Positions 1 through 8,500 are shown, numbered from the stretch's first letter. The stretch: DNA of 24,000 bases from Candidatus Pacearchaeota archaeon (GCA_050124795.1 JASFEO010000006.1:19597-43596); one strand, 5' to 3'. A program made the numbers and translations. Notes: generated by a model from the sequence alone, not told the origin.

Positions 1-527
1 ATCTAAGTGCAAATGTTTTTACTCTCTACGGTGAATCTGCATCTTCTCTTGACAGAATACTTGAAAAAACAATTGATGTTAATACAGTCGAGGTTTTAGA
101 TAATTGTGAAATTGATTTAACAGAAGCAAAATACAATAAACAAAAAAAAGAATTTAAAATAAGGGCAGAAAATCTAGCAGATGTTGATTGTTGGGCAAAC
201 ATTGAAATAACTAACCTAAAAGTGGGTTACAATGAAATAACTTCAGGAACAATCACTGCGGAAAAAATTTCTGCAAAAAAAAGTAAGACAATTTCAATAA
301 AAGAAGAATTAAATGAAGAGGATCTTTTGCAAAATCAAATTATTGAAGTAACTGCGAGATATGGTGAACGAGAAGACGGACTTGTAAAAACCAAAACCAA
401 GACACTAACTCTTGCAACAGAATTTTTTTCAGGAATTAGCTATGGGATAATGACAATTGTCCTGACAATAATAATCCTGCTTATCACAATCTGGATACTA
501 AGAAAAAAAGATGAAGAAGGTTATTAA
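1..527 (+). CDS. C-terminal part of a larger surface or secreted protein with a C-terminal TM anchor (5' end lies outside the window)
   Basis: The frame is open from nt 3 to TAA 525-527 with no stop, so the GTG at 222 in the ORF track is probably not the true start. The C-terminus GISYGIMTIVLTIIILLITIWIL is a hydrophobic helix followed by RKKDEEGY (positive-inside). I recognise no family. Confidence 0.6.
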   Translation, partial: LSANVFTLYGESASSLDRILEKTIDVNTVEVLDNCEIDLTEAKYNKQKKEFKIRAENLADVDCWANIEITNLKVGYNEITSGTITAEKISAKKSKTISIKEELNEEDLLQNQIIEVTARYGEREDGLVKTKTKTLTLATEFFSGISYGIMTIVLTIIILLITIWILRKKDEEGY

Positions 528-528
528 A

Positions 529-948
529 TTATTTTTTCGCCGCAATATTTTTTTCTTTTGATTCAATCACATCCAATTCTTTTTTTACGTTATCCAAAAT
601 CAAAACAACCTGATTAAATGATTGTTCATCTAAATCAGACTTAAACAATTTAATTTTAAATTTAACAGAACTTAATTTTAAACTTAATTCGATCAGGTCT
701 TTTCCTTTTTTCCTCTCCACACTTATTCGTGTATGCAAATCAGAATACTTTTCATTTAGATAACTAATAACAATATTTTCAAGAAAGACCATAAGTTCTT
801 TTTTGCCCCCATATGCCCTTTTCACTTTTTCGTCAGGAATAAGATTATATTTTTTTAACAAAATCAAAACTTTTCCAAAATCTTCATTAACAAATTTTAA
901 AACATCTTCAAAATTATTTATAACGATCTCTTTTTCTTCGTCACTCAT
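529..948 (-). CDS. Small acidic/lysine-rich, predicted helical cytosolic protein; last gene of the ATPase operon; function unknown
   Basis: 139-aa ORF. Its ATG (946-948) overlaps the TGA (945-947) of the upstream ATPase gene in an ATGA arrangement, implying translational coupling. It has no TM segment and no recognisable motif. Confidence 0.6.
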   Translation of the reverse strand: MSDEEKEIVINNFEDVLKFVNEDFGKVLILLKKYNLIPDEKVKRAYGGKKELMVFLENIVISYLNEKYSDLHTRISVERKKGKDLIELSLKLSSVKFKIKLFKSDLDEQSFNQVVLILDNVKKELDVIESKEKNIAAKK

Positions 949-3338
949 TCTTTACTTTTTCCTTTATTCTCTTTATTTTGCGGGTTTTCTTTTTTTCCAG
1001 ATGAAAATTTTTCTTCCCTTTTTCCCAATTTACCTAGGGCGGTGATCATCCTTTGCTTATCTAAAATAGATTTTAATTTTTCCCCTTCATCTTTTGATAA
1101 ATTTTTCTCCACCCATTGTGCAATATCATTCTTGTTTTCATTTACATGAATTCTAAAGACTTCTTCATCCATCGTCGGAAGAGCCCCCAAAAGTTCAGCT
1201 GCACTACTAACCATAATTCCATTGTCAAAAGTTAGGGCAGCTACTTCTTTTTTTAAGATATCTTCTTTTTTTTGAACAACTTTTTCTGCAACTTCACTTG
1301 CTTTTTCCTTTTTCTCAAACTCCTTCCTCGACTCCTGCGCCTCCTTAACGGATTTCTTAATTTCATCCTCGCTGACAAGTTTAATCTCTCTCTTTGGCGG
1401 AGTCTTCCCCAAAGTTTCCCATGCCTTCTCCACCCTCGGCTTCAGTCCTTCCAGATAAATTTCCACGACGCTAAAATTCCCGCTCATCACTTTATCCTTA
1501 ACAAGTTTCAATTCCATTCGAAGATCAAAAACATCCTGCTTTTCACGCTCAAGCGCATCAATCGAAAACTCCAAATCATCAACAATATCATTATACTTAT
1601 TATATTTCTCAAGTTCCTCATCAGGCAATCGACGGGTATTATGCAGGATGGGCCTGAAATTTATGAAATAAGGTCGACCCCGATTATACTCTGCATTCTG
1701 AAACATCGCAACTCCAACTTCAGCACGAATCAAAGATTTCAAAAACCCCTCACCATACTTTGTTTTTATCCTCTCCAAATCTCCTTCCTCCAATGTTCTC
1801 GTCTGAACCTCAGTATTAATATTCGCTTTAATCTCTCCAACAAAATCATTCAAAACCTGACTAATCAACATCATCCCTAATCCCCATTTCCTGAATTCAC
1901 GACACGCTCTCTCAACCTGCAAAAATCCCTGCCCGCTTCCACCAAACTTACTTAATAACCTATGAACCTCATCAAACACCAAAAGAACTTTCAATACAGG
2001 AGATTCCTTGGGATCAGACTTAAAAACTTGCCTGATAACATTTGAAACAAAAATATCCATATCTTTTGGATCAAGTTTATTCAAACTAAAAATCTGAATC
2101 TGTCCGGGGGAAACATATTTATTAATATCAATTAATTCCCTTGCATGAGTAACCTGCCGAACATTTCCTTTAAACGCCCGTGCATCAGTCTCTTTTAATC
2201 CGAACTTGGGATAATAACTCATCATTTTTTTGTCAGTGCATTTTCTAAGCATCCCGCTCCACTGCGCAGTCGGATCAAACACAATCACAGCAATATTATT
2301 CATCAAAGCCTCTTCAATTATAACCTGCGCAGAAATACTTTTCCCCCCGCCTGTTGCTCCTGCAACAATTGTGTGTGTTGTCAGCCTCGCCGGGTCAAGA
2401 TAAGAAGAAACTTTCTTCTCTGCGATGTTTCCTAAATGCAAAAAACCATCTTCTTTTTTAGGAAGAGTCTTCAAATCAAGAACCATCTTGTATTTTTTCT
2501 TTGATTCTATATGTCTCTTTATAAAATAAAAAATCAAAAACCCCAAAATAAAAATCCCTGCAATAAGAATTAAAACCCAAAGAGGCAAAACACCAAAAAG
2601 AAGGATCTGCCAAAAATGCTTTTTCAAAACAAAACCTGCTTTATTCTCAATAACAAAAGAATCACTCTCCAAAACAACCTTCAGAATACAATCACCAAAA
2701 TTTATTTCATCAGGAAAGGAAAATGTCTTAAGAATTTGAAAAGAATTCGTTACATTAATCGTTTCTGTTTTAAGGGGAAAAGAATTATTCAAAGAATCCT
2801 GCATGGAATAAGTAAAAGAAACGTTTTCAATTGCTTCTTTTTTCAACTTATTAATTTTTAAATTAAATTGAAAAAGTGCTCCTTTTACAAAACTTGTTTT
2901 TATGGGCTTAATTTCCATTAAAAAAGGCGAAGTTATTTCCTCTTCAACAACATTTACATTTATAGGAATTTTTTCAATTATATCGCCTTTTATTTCCAAA
3001 AGACCATTGTAGACACCAACATCTTTCCCAACTATTGTAAAATAAAAAAGAGATTTATTTTCAGAAGAAATTGAAAATCCAACATCGTACTTATCAATGA
3101 CCTGCCCAATATCCCCTGAAAAAGAAAAAGAGATTGTTATTCCTGTTTGCTTCAGATTGTTAATTTCAATAAAATCCTCCAAAATAGTTCCGTGCCCAAT
3201 TGTTCTGTTAAGACTATTTGTGGAAATAGAATAATCATCAGTCTTTATAGCTGAACCATAAGAAGCTTCTGTTAATGGGTAAAAATTAAAAATTAAAAAA
3301 AGCCCAATAAAAATTAAAATATTTCTTCTAAGAATCAT
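945..3338 (-). CDS. Type-I membrane-anchored HerA/FtsK-class (DUF87-like) P-loop ATPase with an N-terminal extracellular beta-rich domain
   Basis: 797 aa. N-terminus is signal-peptide-like (MILRRNILIFIGLFLIFNFYPLTEA). An ectodomain with N-x-S/T sequons follows, then a hydrophobic segment at aa 241-273 (nt 2520-2618) and KRHIESKKKYK. ATPase motifs are Walker A GATGGGKS (nt 2340-2363), VIVFDPTAQW, Walker B LLVFDEVH (nt 1962-1988) and EFRKWGLGMMLISQ. This motif order is typical of HerA/DUF87 ATPases. The tail is charged and coiled-coil-like, ending in a module with FRIHVNENKNDIAQW. Confidence 0.8.
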   Translation of the reverse strand: MILRRNILIFIGLFLIFNFYPLTEASYGSAIKTDDYSISTNSLNRTIGHGTILEDFIEINNLKQTGITISFSFSGDIGQVIDKYDVGFSISSENKSLFYFTIVGKDVGVYNGLLEIKGDIIEKIPINVNVVEEEITSPFLMEIKPIKTSFVKGALFQFNLKINKLKKEAIENVSFTYSMQDSLNNSFPLKTETINVTNSFQILKTFSFPDEINFGDCILKVVLESDSFVIENKAGFVLKKHFWQILLFGVLPLWVLILIAGIFILGFLIFYFIKRHIESKKKYKMVLDLKTLPKKEDGFLHLGNIAEKKVSSYLDPARLTTHTIVAGATGGGKSISAQVIIEEALMNNIAVIVFDPTAQWSGMLRKCTDKKMMSYYPKFGLKETDARAFKGNVRQVTHARELIDINKYVSPGQIQIFSLNKLDPKDMDIFVSNVIRQVFKSDPKESPVLKVLLVFDEVHRLLSKFGGSGQGFLQVERACREFRKWGLGMMLISQVLNDFVGEIKANINTEVQTRTLEEGDLERIKTKYGEGFLKSLIRAEVGVAMFQNAEYNRGRPYFINFRPILHNTRRLPDEELEKYNKYNDIVDDLEFSIDALEREKQDVFDLRMELKLVKDKVMSGNFSVVEIYLEGLKPRVEKAWETLGKTPPKREIKLVSEDEIKKSVKEAQESRKEFEKKEKASEVAEKVVQKKEDILKKEVAALTFDNGIMVSSAAELLGALPTMDEEVFRIHVNENKNDIAQWVEKNLSKDEGEKLKSILDKQRMITALGKLGKREEKFSSGKKENPQNKENKGKSKE

Positions 3339-5178
3339 CTGATTTTTCTCCTTTTAATTTATCTCCATTATTTTCTTTTCCATCTGAATTTTTTTGATTT
3401 CCCTCTTTAACATTTTTTTCTTGTGAAGTTTTTTCTGTAGAAGAATTACCCCAAAAACCAGATTCCCCGCCCAGGTCAAATTTCTGCGCAAGATTTTCCA
3501 TTTGAATCTTCAATGCCTCCTTATTTTCAAGCATCTCTTTTGTAACTGGTTCGCCATAGCGGTTTTTCATCTTTATAAAAAGGTTAACAGCCTCATCAAA
3601 TTTCTTCATTGCCATTAATTTGCGAAGTTCAAGAGATTCAACATACAAATTCAAACCTTTCTTTCTTTCTGCAAGATTTTTATACCTTAAAACAAAGAGA
3701 ATTGAAAAGAAAGAAAGAAAAACAATTAACAAAAAAACAGATGAAGATTTGACAAAAGCTAAAAATTTAAACCTTGCTCCTACCTCGAATTCATCTGAAC
3801 TAATAGAAAGGATCGAATCTTCCTGAAATGCTCTGGCATAAAAAAGATAATCCCCAAGAGACATATCTTCAGGAAGAGTAAAATTCCTCATCAAACTTAT
3901 TGGAGATGTTAAGACAATCTCCTCATCAGATGAATCATAAACCCGCCCATAAAAATCAATAATAAAAAAATGAAGACCAATAGTTTCCTCAATTAAATCC
4001 CCTAAATTTTCCAGAGAAATATTGGCAACAATAGTTTCACCGGGTTTTACAAATTTATATTTCTCTGGAATTAAAACCGAAACTTCAATATCACTTTCAA
4101 GAGGATTGACTTCAAACACAATTGGAATTGAAAGATTAGATACAGATTCAACTAAAACCTCTCCAAAATAATGCCCGGGAATAGTCTCTTTTTTTGCGAA
4201 AAAATCAATTGTAATTTTTTTTGTTTCTCCTGCGGAGACAACAAGGGAATTGTGGCTTAGGATAACAAATTCCCCCAGACCATCAACACTAAAATTAAAA
4301 GGTAATTCTGTATTTCCAGTATTTGTAATTTCAAGGATTTTTGTTTGCGCCGAACCTTGCTTTACTGAAACAAAAAAAGAAGAAACACTGAGTTTAAACT
4401 CATCAAAATCTTTTTTGAAAATTTTTTTAATTTTCGCTGTAATTGAATCTTCGTCATCGTCGTCGTCAGGGACGATTGTTGAAGGTGGAACAACTCTTGC
4501 TGAAACTGAAAAATTTTTTACATCGGTGCAATTACTATTGCTGCTTGAATCTCTTGCACAAAAATACCATGATACTATCTGTCCGGAAGACGCGCTTATT
4601 TGAATTGTCTTTGTAGATTCATTTGTTAATCCTGCAAAATTTCCATTATATCCAAAAGAGCTGGAACTTTGATTAACAAAAAGCGTGTAATTTTTAAGCA
4701 AAAGATTATCTGTCCAGTTTGCACTAAAAACAACATAATCGTTTTGATAAATAACCCCCTTATCTTTTTCAGGATTATTCCATTTTGGGGGTTCATCATC
4801 AACTGCAATAAAAAGCGAAACTACATTACTACTGGCATTCCCTGCCCCATCATCTGCATAAAAAATAATCTCCCTTATTCCTGAAAATGAATCATTTGGA
4901 TAAAAAGAAACTTCTCCCTCGCTAATTACAATAGTTATATCTTCAACAACAGAAGAAGAGTAAATCAGGGTTGCATTTATTGCAGATCCAAAATAATCAT
5001 CTAAATCAAATGCACCCAATAAATTCCCCCCAGACCATGACTGATTAGGGATTATCCCCACAAAAAACGGTGGAGAATTTTCTATTTCTAAACCTGTGCT
5101 AACTGCTAAAAGAGAGTTCATAAAAAAAATAAAAATGAATGCAAGACATATAAATAAAATACCTCTTTTCTCCATCAT
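3328..5178 (-). CDS. Multi-domain surface (adhesin-like) glycoprotein candidate with a C-terminal TM anchor and helical cytoplasmic tail
   Basis: The longest ORF begins at TTG 5229. I prefer ATG 5178 (MMEKRGILFICLAFIFIFFMNSLLAVSTG, a canonical signal peptide) because an A/T box lies about 25 nt upstream. Ectodomain features: a module ending AVDDEPP (cadherin/tandem-repeat-like), a Cys-containing Ig-like module (nt 4501-4794), a poly-Asp linker PDDDDDEDS (nt 4444-4470) and two CARDB/Ig-like beta modules. TM is at nt 3685-3747, followed by the tail RYKNLAERKKG... The stop overlaps the ATPase gene start by 11 nt. Confidence 0.75.
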   Translation of the reverse strand: MMEKRGILFICLAFIFIFFMNSLLAVSTGLEIENSPPFFVGIIPNQSWSGGNLLGAFDLDDYFGSAINATLIYSSSVVEDITIVISEGEVSFYPNDSFSGIREIIFYADDGAGNASSNVVSLFIAVDDEPPKWNNPEKDKGVIYQNDYVVFSANWTDNLLLKNYTLFVNQSSSSFGYNGNFAGLTNESTKTIQISASSGQIVSWYFCARDSSSNSNCTDVKNFSVSARVVPPSTIVPDDDDDEDSITAKIKKIFKKDFDEFKLSVSSFFVSVKQGSAQTKILEITNTGNTELPFNFSVDGLGEFVILSHNSLVVSAGETKKITIDFFAKKETIPGHYFGEVLVESVSNLSIPIVFEVNPLESDIEVSVLIPEKYKFVKPGETIVANISLENLGDLIEETIGLHFFIIDFYGRVYDSSDEEIVLTSPISLMRNFTLPEDMSLGDYLFYARAFQEDSILSISSDEFEVGARFKFLAFVKSSSVFLLIVFLSFFSILFVLRYKNLAERKKGLNLYVESLELRKLMAMKKFDEAVNLFIKMKNRYGEPVTKEMLENKEALKIQMENLAQKFDLGGESGFWGNSSTEKTSQEKNVKEGNQKNSDGKENNGDKLKGEKSDDS

Positions 5179-5196
5179 AATATTGATTAAACGCAA

Positions 5197-5206
5197 TTTA
5201 AATAAT
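5197..5206 (-). promoter_or_regulatory. TATA-like box for the surface-protein/ATPase operon
   Basis: The minus strand reads aaaattatttaaatt, ending about 24-27 nt upstream of ATG 5178. This is consistent with a leaderless or near-leaderless archaeal transcript. Confidence 0.3.
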
Positions 5207-5295
5207 TTTATTAATAAGATTGTCAACAATGGAATCCTTCTTGCGGGATATTTATCAGAGTAATTGAAAAGCTCTCGAAAGAATTGTTAACAACA

Positions 5296-5317
5296 TTATA
5301 AACAATAATGTTTATAA
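5296..5317. promoter_or_regulatory. Perfect 9-bp inverted repeat (TTATAAACA-N4-TGTTTATAA) in the divergent promoter region; candidate operator overlapping a TATA box
   Basis: I read 5296-5304 as ttataaaca and 5309-5317 as tgtttataa, which are exact reverse complements. The right arm contains the TATA box of the + strand operon. Confidence 0.5.
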
Positions 5318-5318
5318 A
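5311..5318 (+). promoter_or_regulatory. TATA box (TTTATAAA) 29 nt upstream of ATG 5340; leaderless-type promoter
   Basis: The same box and spacing recur at 23340 to ATG 23369 (29 nt) and 23615 to ATG 23645 (30 nt). No Shine-Dalgarno-like sequence is visible. Confidence 0.5.
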
Positions 5319-5339
5319 GTCTTAAATCAAACCTTTAAT

Positions 5340-5549
5340 ATGCCAAAAAAAGACTCTAAAAAGACCAAAATAGGCTCAAAAGAAAAACCCCGAGCAGAAA
5401 CAGTGATTGTCAAGGGCACAATAACAAAAAAACAGAGGGAAGTTCTTCAAAAATTCGTGGGGATAATTGGAAGTAATGAACAGGATGTTGTTGGGAAAAT
5501 CCTGACACTCTGGATGTATAATGAAGGACACTTAAAAAACTTAAAATGA
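5340..5549 (+). CDS. Small basic protein, possible ribbon-helix-helix (RHH/CopG-like) DNA-binding regulator
   Basis: 69 aa. It has a Lys-rich N-terminus, then a strand-like VIVKGTI, helix KKQREVLQKFVGIIG, a G-S-N turn and helix EQDVVGKILTLWMY, which fits the beta-alpha-alpha RHH pattern. Its TGA overlaps the ATG of the downstream giant gene (ATGA at 5546-5549). Confidence 0.45.
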   Translation: MPKKDSKKTKIGSKEKPRAETVIVKGTITKKQREVLQKFVGIIGSNEQDVVGKILTLWMYNEGHLKNLK

Positions 5550-8500
5550 AAATAAAAAAATATCTTTCAATAGGTGTGATACTCTTTTTTGTAATGAATA
5601 TTGTGATTGCAAATGAAGCCATGACCTCTTCAATAACTCAGGATGAAAGTTCAGAACAAATAAATTCAAACAGTGAACAAGCTTCAGAAGAGATAAATAC
5701 AGAATCGCAAACTCAAAACATAGAGCAGAAAGTAAACCCCGAAGACAATGAAATAAATCCCAAAACAACTAGCCAAGAAAATGATGTAACCCCCCCAACA
5801 AAAATAACTTCTGAAGAAATTACGGAAAATCCTGAAGAGGTCGCAACAGATACAGAAAATGGAGATATTAATTTAGAAATTGTTTCAAATGCAATAAATG
5901 AAAAACAAGAAAATGCTTCTAAAGAAGAAGTTGAAAATACAACCGAGATTCAGGAAATTTCTTCAAAAACAAATCAATCATCCGAAATTAAAATAGGTTC
6001 AAATGATTCTTCCAAAATTAAAGAAATTAATTCACCATCTAAAACCGTGGAGAATTTTTCAGAAGAAAACAATTCAGAAATAGAAAATTTATCTTTAAAA
6101 GAAAATCAGGGTTATTATATTAATATTGATAATGTCGAAAATTCAAAAAGTTCTCCCTTATCTAATATTGCAAAAACACAAGAAAAGGATGAAAATAATT
6201 TTGAAAATAAAACCCAACTCCTTGCTCTTTACAATAATGATGGAAAAATTGCAATCAAAGGAGAAATCCCTGCAAACTTCACAAATGCCATTACAAAAAA
6301 AGAAAAAATTATAGACTCAAAAAATTTTTCAAAAGAATTCACAATAAAAAGTTCAGAACACCTCAATAGTGAACTAATTGTTTATTCAGATATCCCTGAA
6401 TCAAAAAAAGAAAATATAAAAGTTTATTGGAAAAATGAAGATAAAGAAGTAAAAATAAAAGAATATCTTGATGAAAATAATAATGAATTAATTGAAAGAA
6501 TCTCATGGATAGTTCCGCATTTGTCTGAACAGGTTTTTGAAATAAGGATTGAAACAGAAATCTTAGGCAATTCAACAAGTGGAGAAATAGAATTAAACGT
6601 TATCAATTCTCCAAACATAAATGCAAAAAACCCAATTAATTTTAAATTTAGTATTGATTACAATGGAAACAAAACATTAAACTGCAGTTTAAGATTATAT
6701 AATTCAACAGATAGCCTAACATACAGCTTTTCAAATGAAAAACCAATTAGTGAAGAATTAGAAATTCCAAATGGAGATTATAATTGGACTGCAACATGCC
6801 TTGAAGAAGAAGACTCTTCAAATAAAGATAGTAAATCAGGAAATTTTACAATAAATGAAGAACCATTAACAATCTATGGAATGCAGGAGATATATTTAAC
6901 AAATGATGATATTGATTTTTCACTTACAGGGGGGTATGATTTAAGCAACATTACATTATTTTACGAGGATGATTCAAATATTGCCTATCAAAAAAATAAT
7001 ACCTCTGAAAAAAATATCCCTTCTTCAGCAATTCAAAATCCAGGAAAATATATTTTAAAAATTAAATCAACTGGTAATGAAAAACCAACGCAGATAACAA
7101 CAAAAGAATTTTCAGTCGCTTCTGCAGAAATAAATCTTGAAAAAGAAAAGATAGAAATTGATGAAGATGCTAAAATAACTATTAAAATAAATTCACCTGA
7201 TGAAAAGATCCTATTTGCTAAATTAGAATACGGGGATGAAAATTATGATTACATAGCAGAGAACCAATCTAACTTTATAGATACCTTTACTTATAGTTAC
7301 CTGGAAGAAAAAATATATAATCTAAAATTAACAATTTATTTTGACAGCCAACAATTCTCAATAACAAAACAAATAACTGTCTCTGATTCTGACAACACTG
7401 ACAATGAAAAACCAAAGATAACATTAATAGAACCTGCAAATAACGCAAAATTCACAGACCAAACAATAAACTTCAAATACAATGCAACTGACAACACAAA
7501 ATTAAAGAACTGTACTTATGATTTAAACTATTATTCCTGCCCGTCATGCTGGGGGAGCGTGGACTACTCAGAAAATAAATCCTTCTCATCAAATGCTGGA
7601 GAAGCGACAATCCATCTTCATGATTTTGATGTTGGAAATTATACCTGGGTTGTGACTTGCTATGACAATTCCAGCAATTCAGAATGGGAATCGAGAAAGT
7701 TTGAAATCATCCCTTCGGGTTTTGAAGCTTTGACTTACTCCGAAGAAACAGAAGTTGAAGAAGCCCAATCAAGGCTCGAGGATTTTCTCACTAAAATAGA
7801 TTCACAGGGACCTGAAGTAAAAGAGGCCTTAAAAGATCTGGGAGTTTATAATGACCTATCAAAAGTCTATTCCGGAAGAATCCAGGCAATAAAAATTTAT
7901 TTCCAAACAGGATACAAAACAATTTCCCCAGACAAAAGAGAAGAAAAAAATAAAGAATACTTAGAAGAATTAGAGGAAATTAAAGAAAAAATTCCTTTAG
8001 ATATTGAAATTATAAAAGCAAATGAATATGTAAAAAATTCTGTTTCAGAAAACTTAAAAGAAATAATAAAACAAGCCATTCTCTCAACAACACCGTTAAT
8101 TGAAAAAAGATCTCTAAATAAGTTAACTGAAAATATTTTCACAATTCAAAATAAATTCACTGCTTCAGTCACAAGTAAAAAATTAAAAATCAAGTACCAA
8201 AATGAAACCAGAGAAATAACTCTCATCACAAAAAAAATTAAAACAGATGAAGAAGATGCAACTTTTTTTGAATACACTCCAAAAGAATTCGGAAAAATAA
8301 TATTCATAACAAAAACAAAAGAACTTGAAAACAATATTTTTGAAATTAATAAAGAAAATATTGAAGATAATAAAATAATTTACTATATTGATGACTTTGT
8401 CGATATTGATGAAGTCAAAAAAACAGAAACAATTTTAGTATTAGAAGTTTCTGAAAAAAACAAAAACAACATAACAGGATTCTCAATAATTGATTTAAAA

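Noticed and set aside
529-3338. Canonical HerA-NurA (DNA end-resection) operon
   Set aside because: The partner ORF is only 139 aa with no nuclease motifs, and no Mre11 or Rad50 genes are adjacent. The ATPase carries a signal peptide, ectodomain and TM, which is incompatible with soluble repair HerA.
803-4884. ORFs inside the ATPase and adhesin genes: antisense at 803-1045, 1272-1880, 2616-2861, 3620-3826, 4250-4603 and 4669-4884 (+), plus an out-of-frame same-strand ORF at 4626-4808 (-)
   Set aside because: All lie inside, or largely overlap (803-1045 also spans the 139-aa gene at 529-948), much longer ORFs with clear domain signatures. Their translations are low-complexity F/L/I/K/N-rich strings typical of shadow ORFs in AT-rich DNA, and they have no promoter geometry or motifs.
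5179-5229. N-terminal extension of the 633-aa protein (ORF-track start at 5229)
   Set aside because: Position 5227-5229 is TTG, not ATG. The extension (LTILLIKLFKLRLINI) precedes a textbook signal peptide that begins at ATG 5178, and an A/T box sits at the right distance from 5178.
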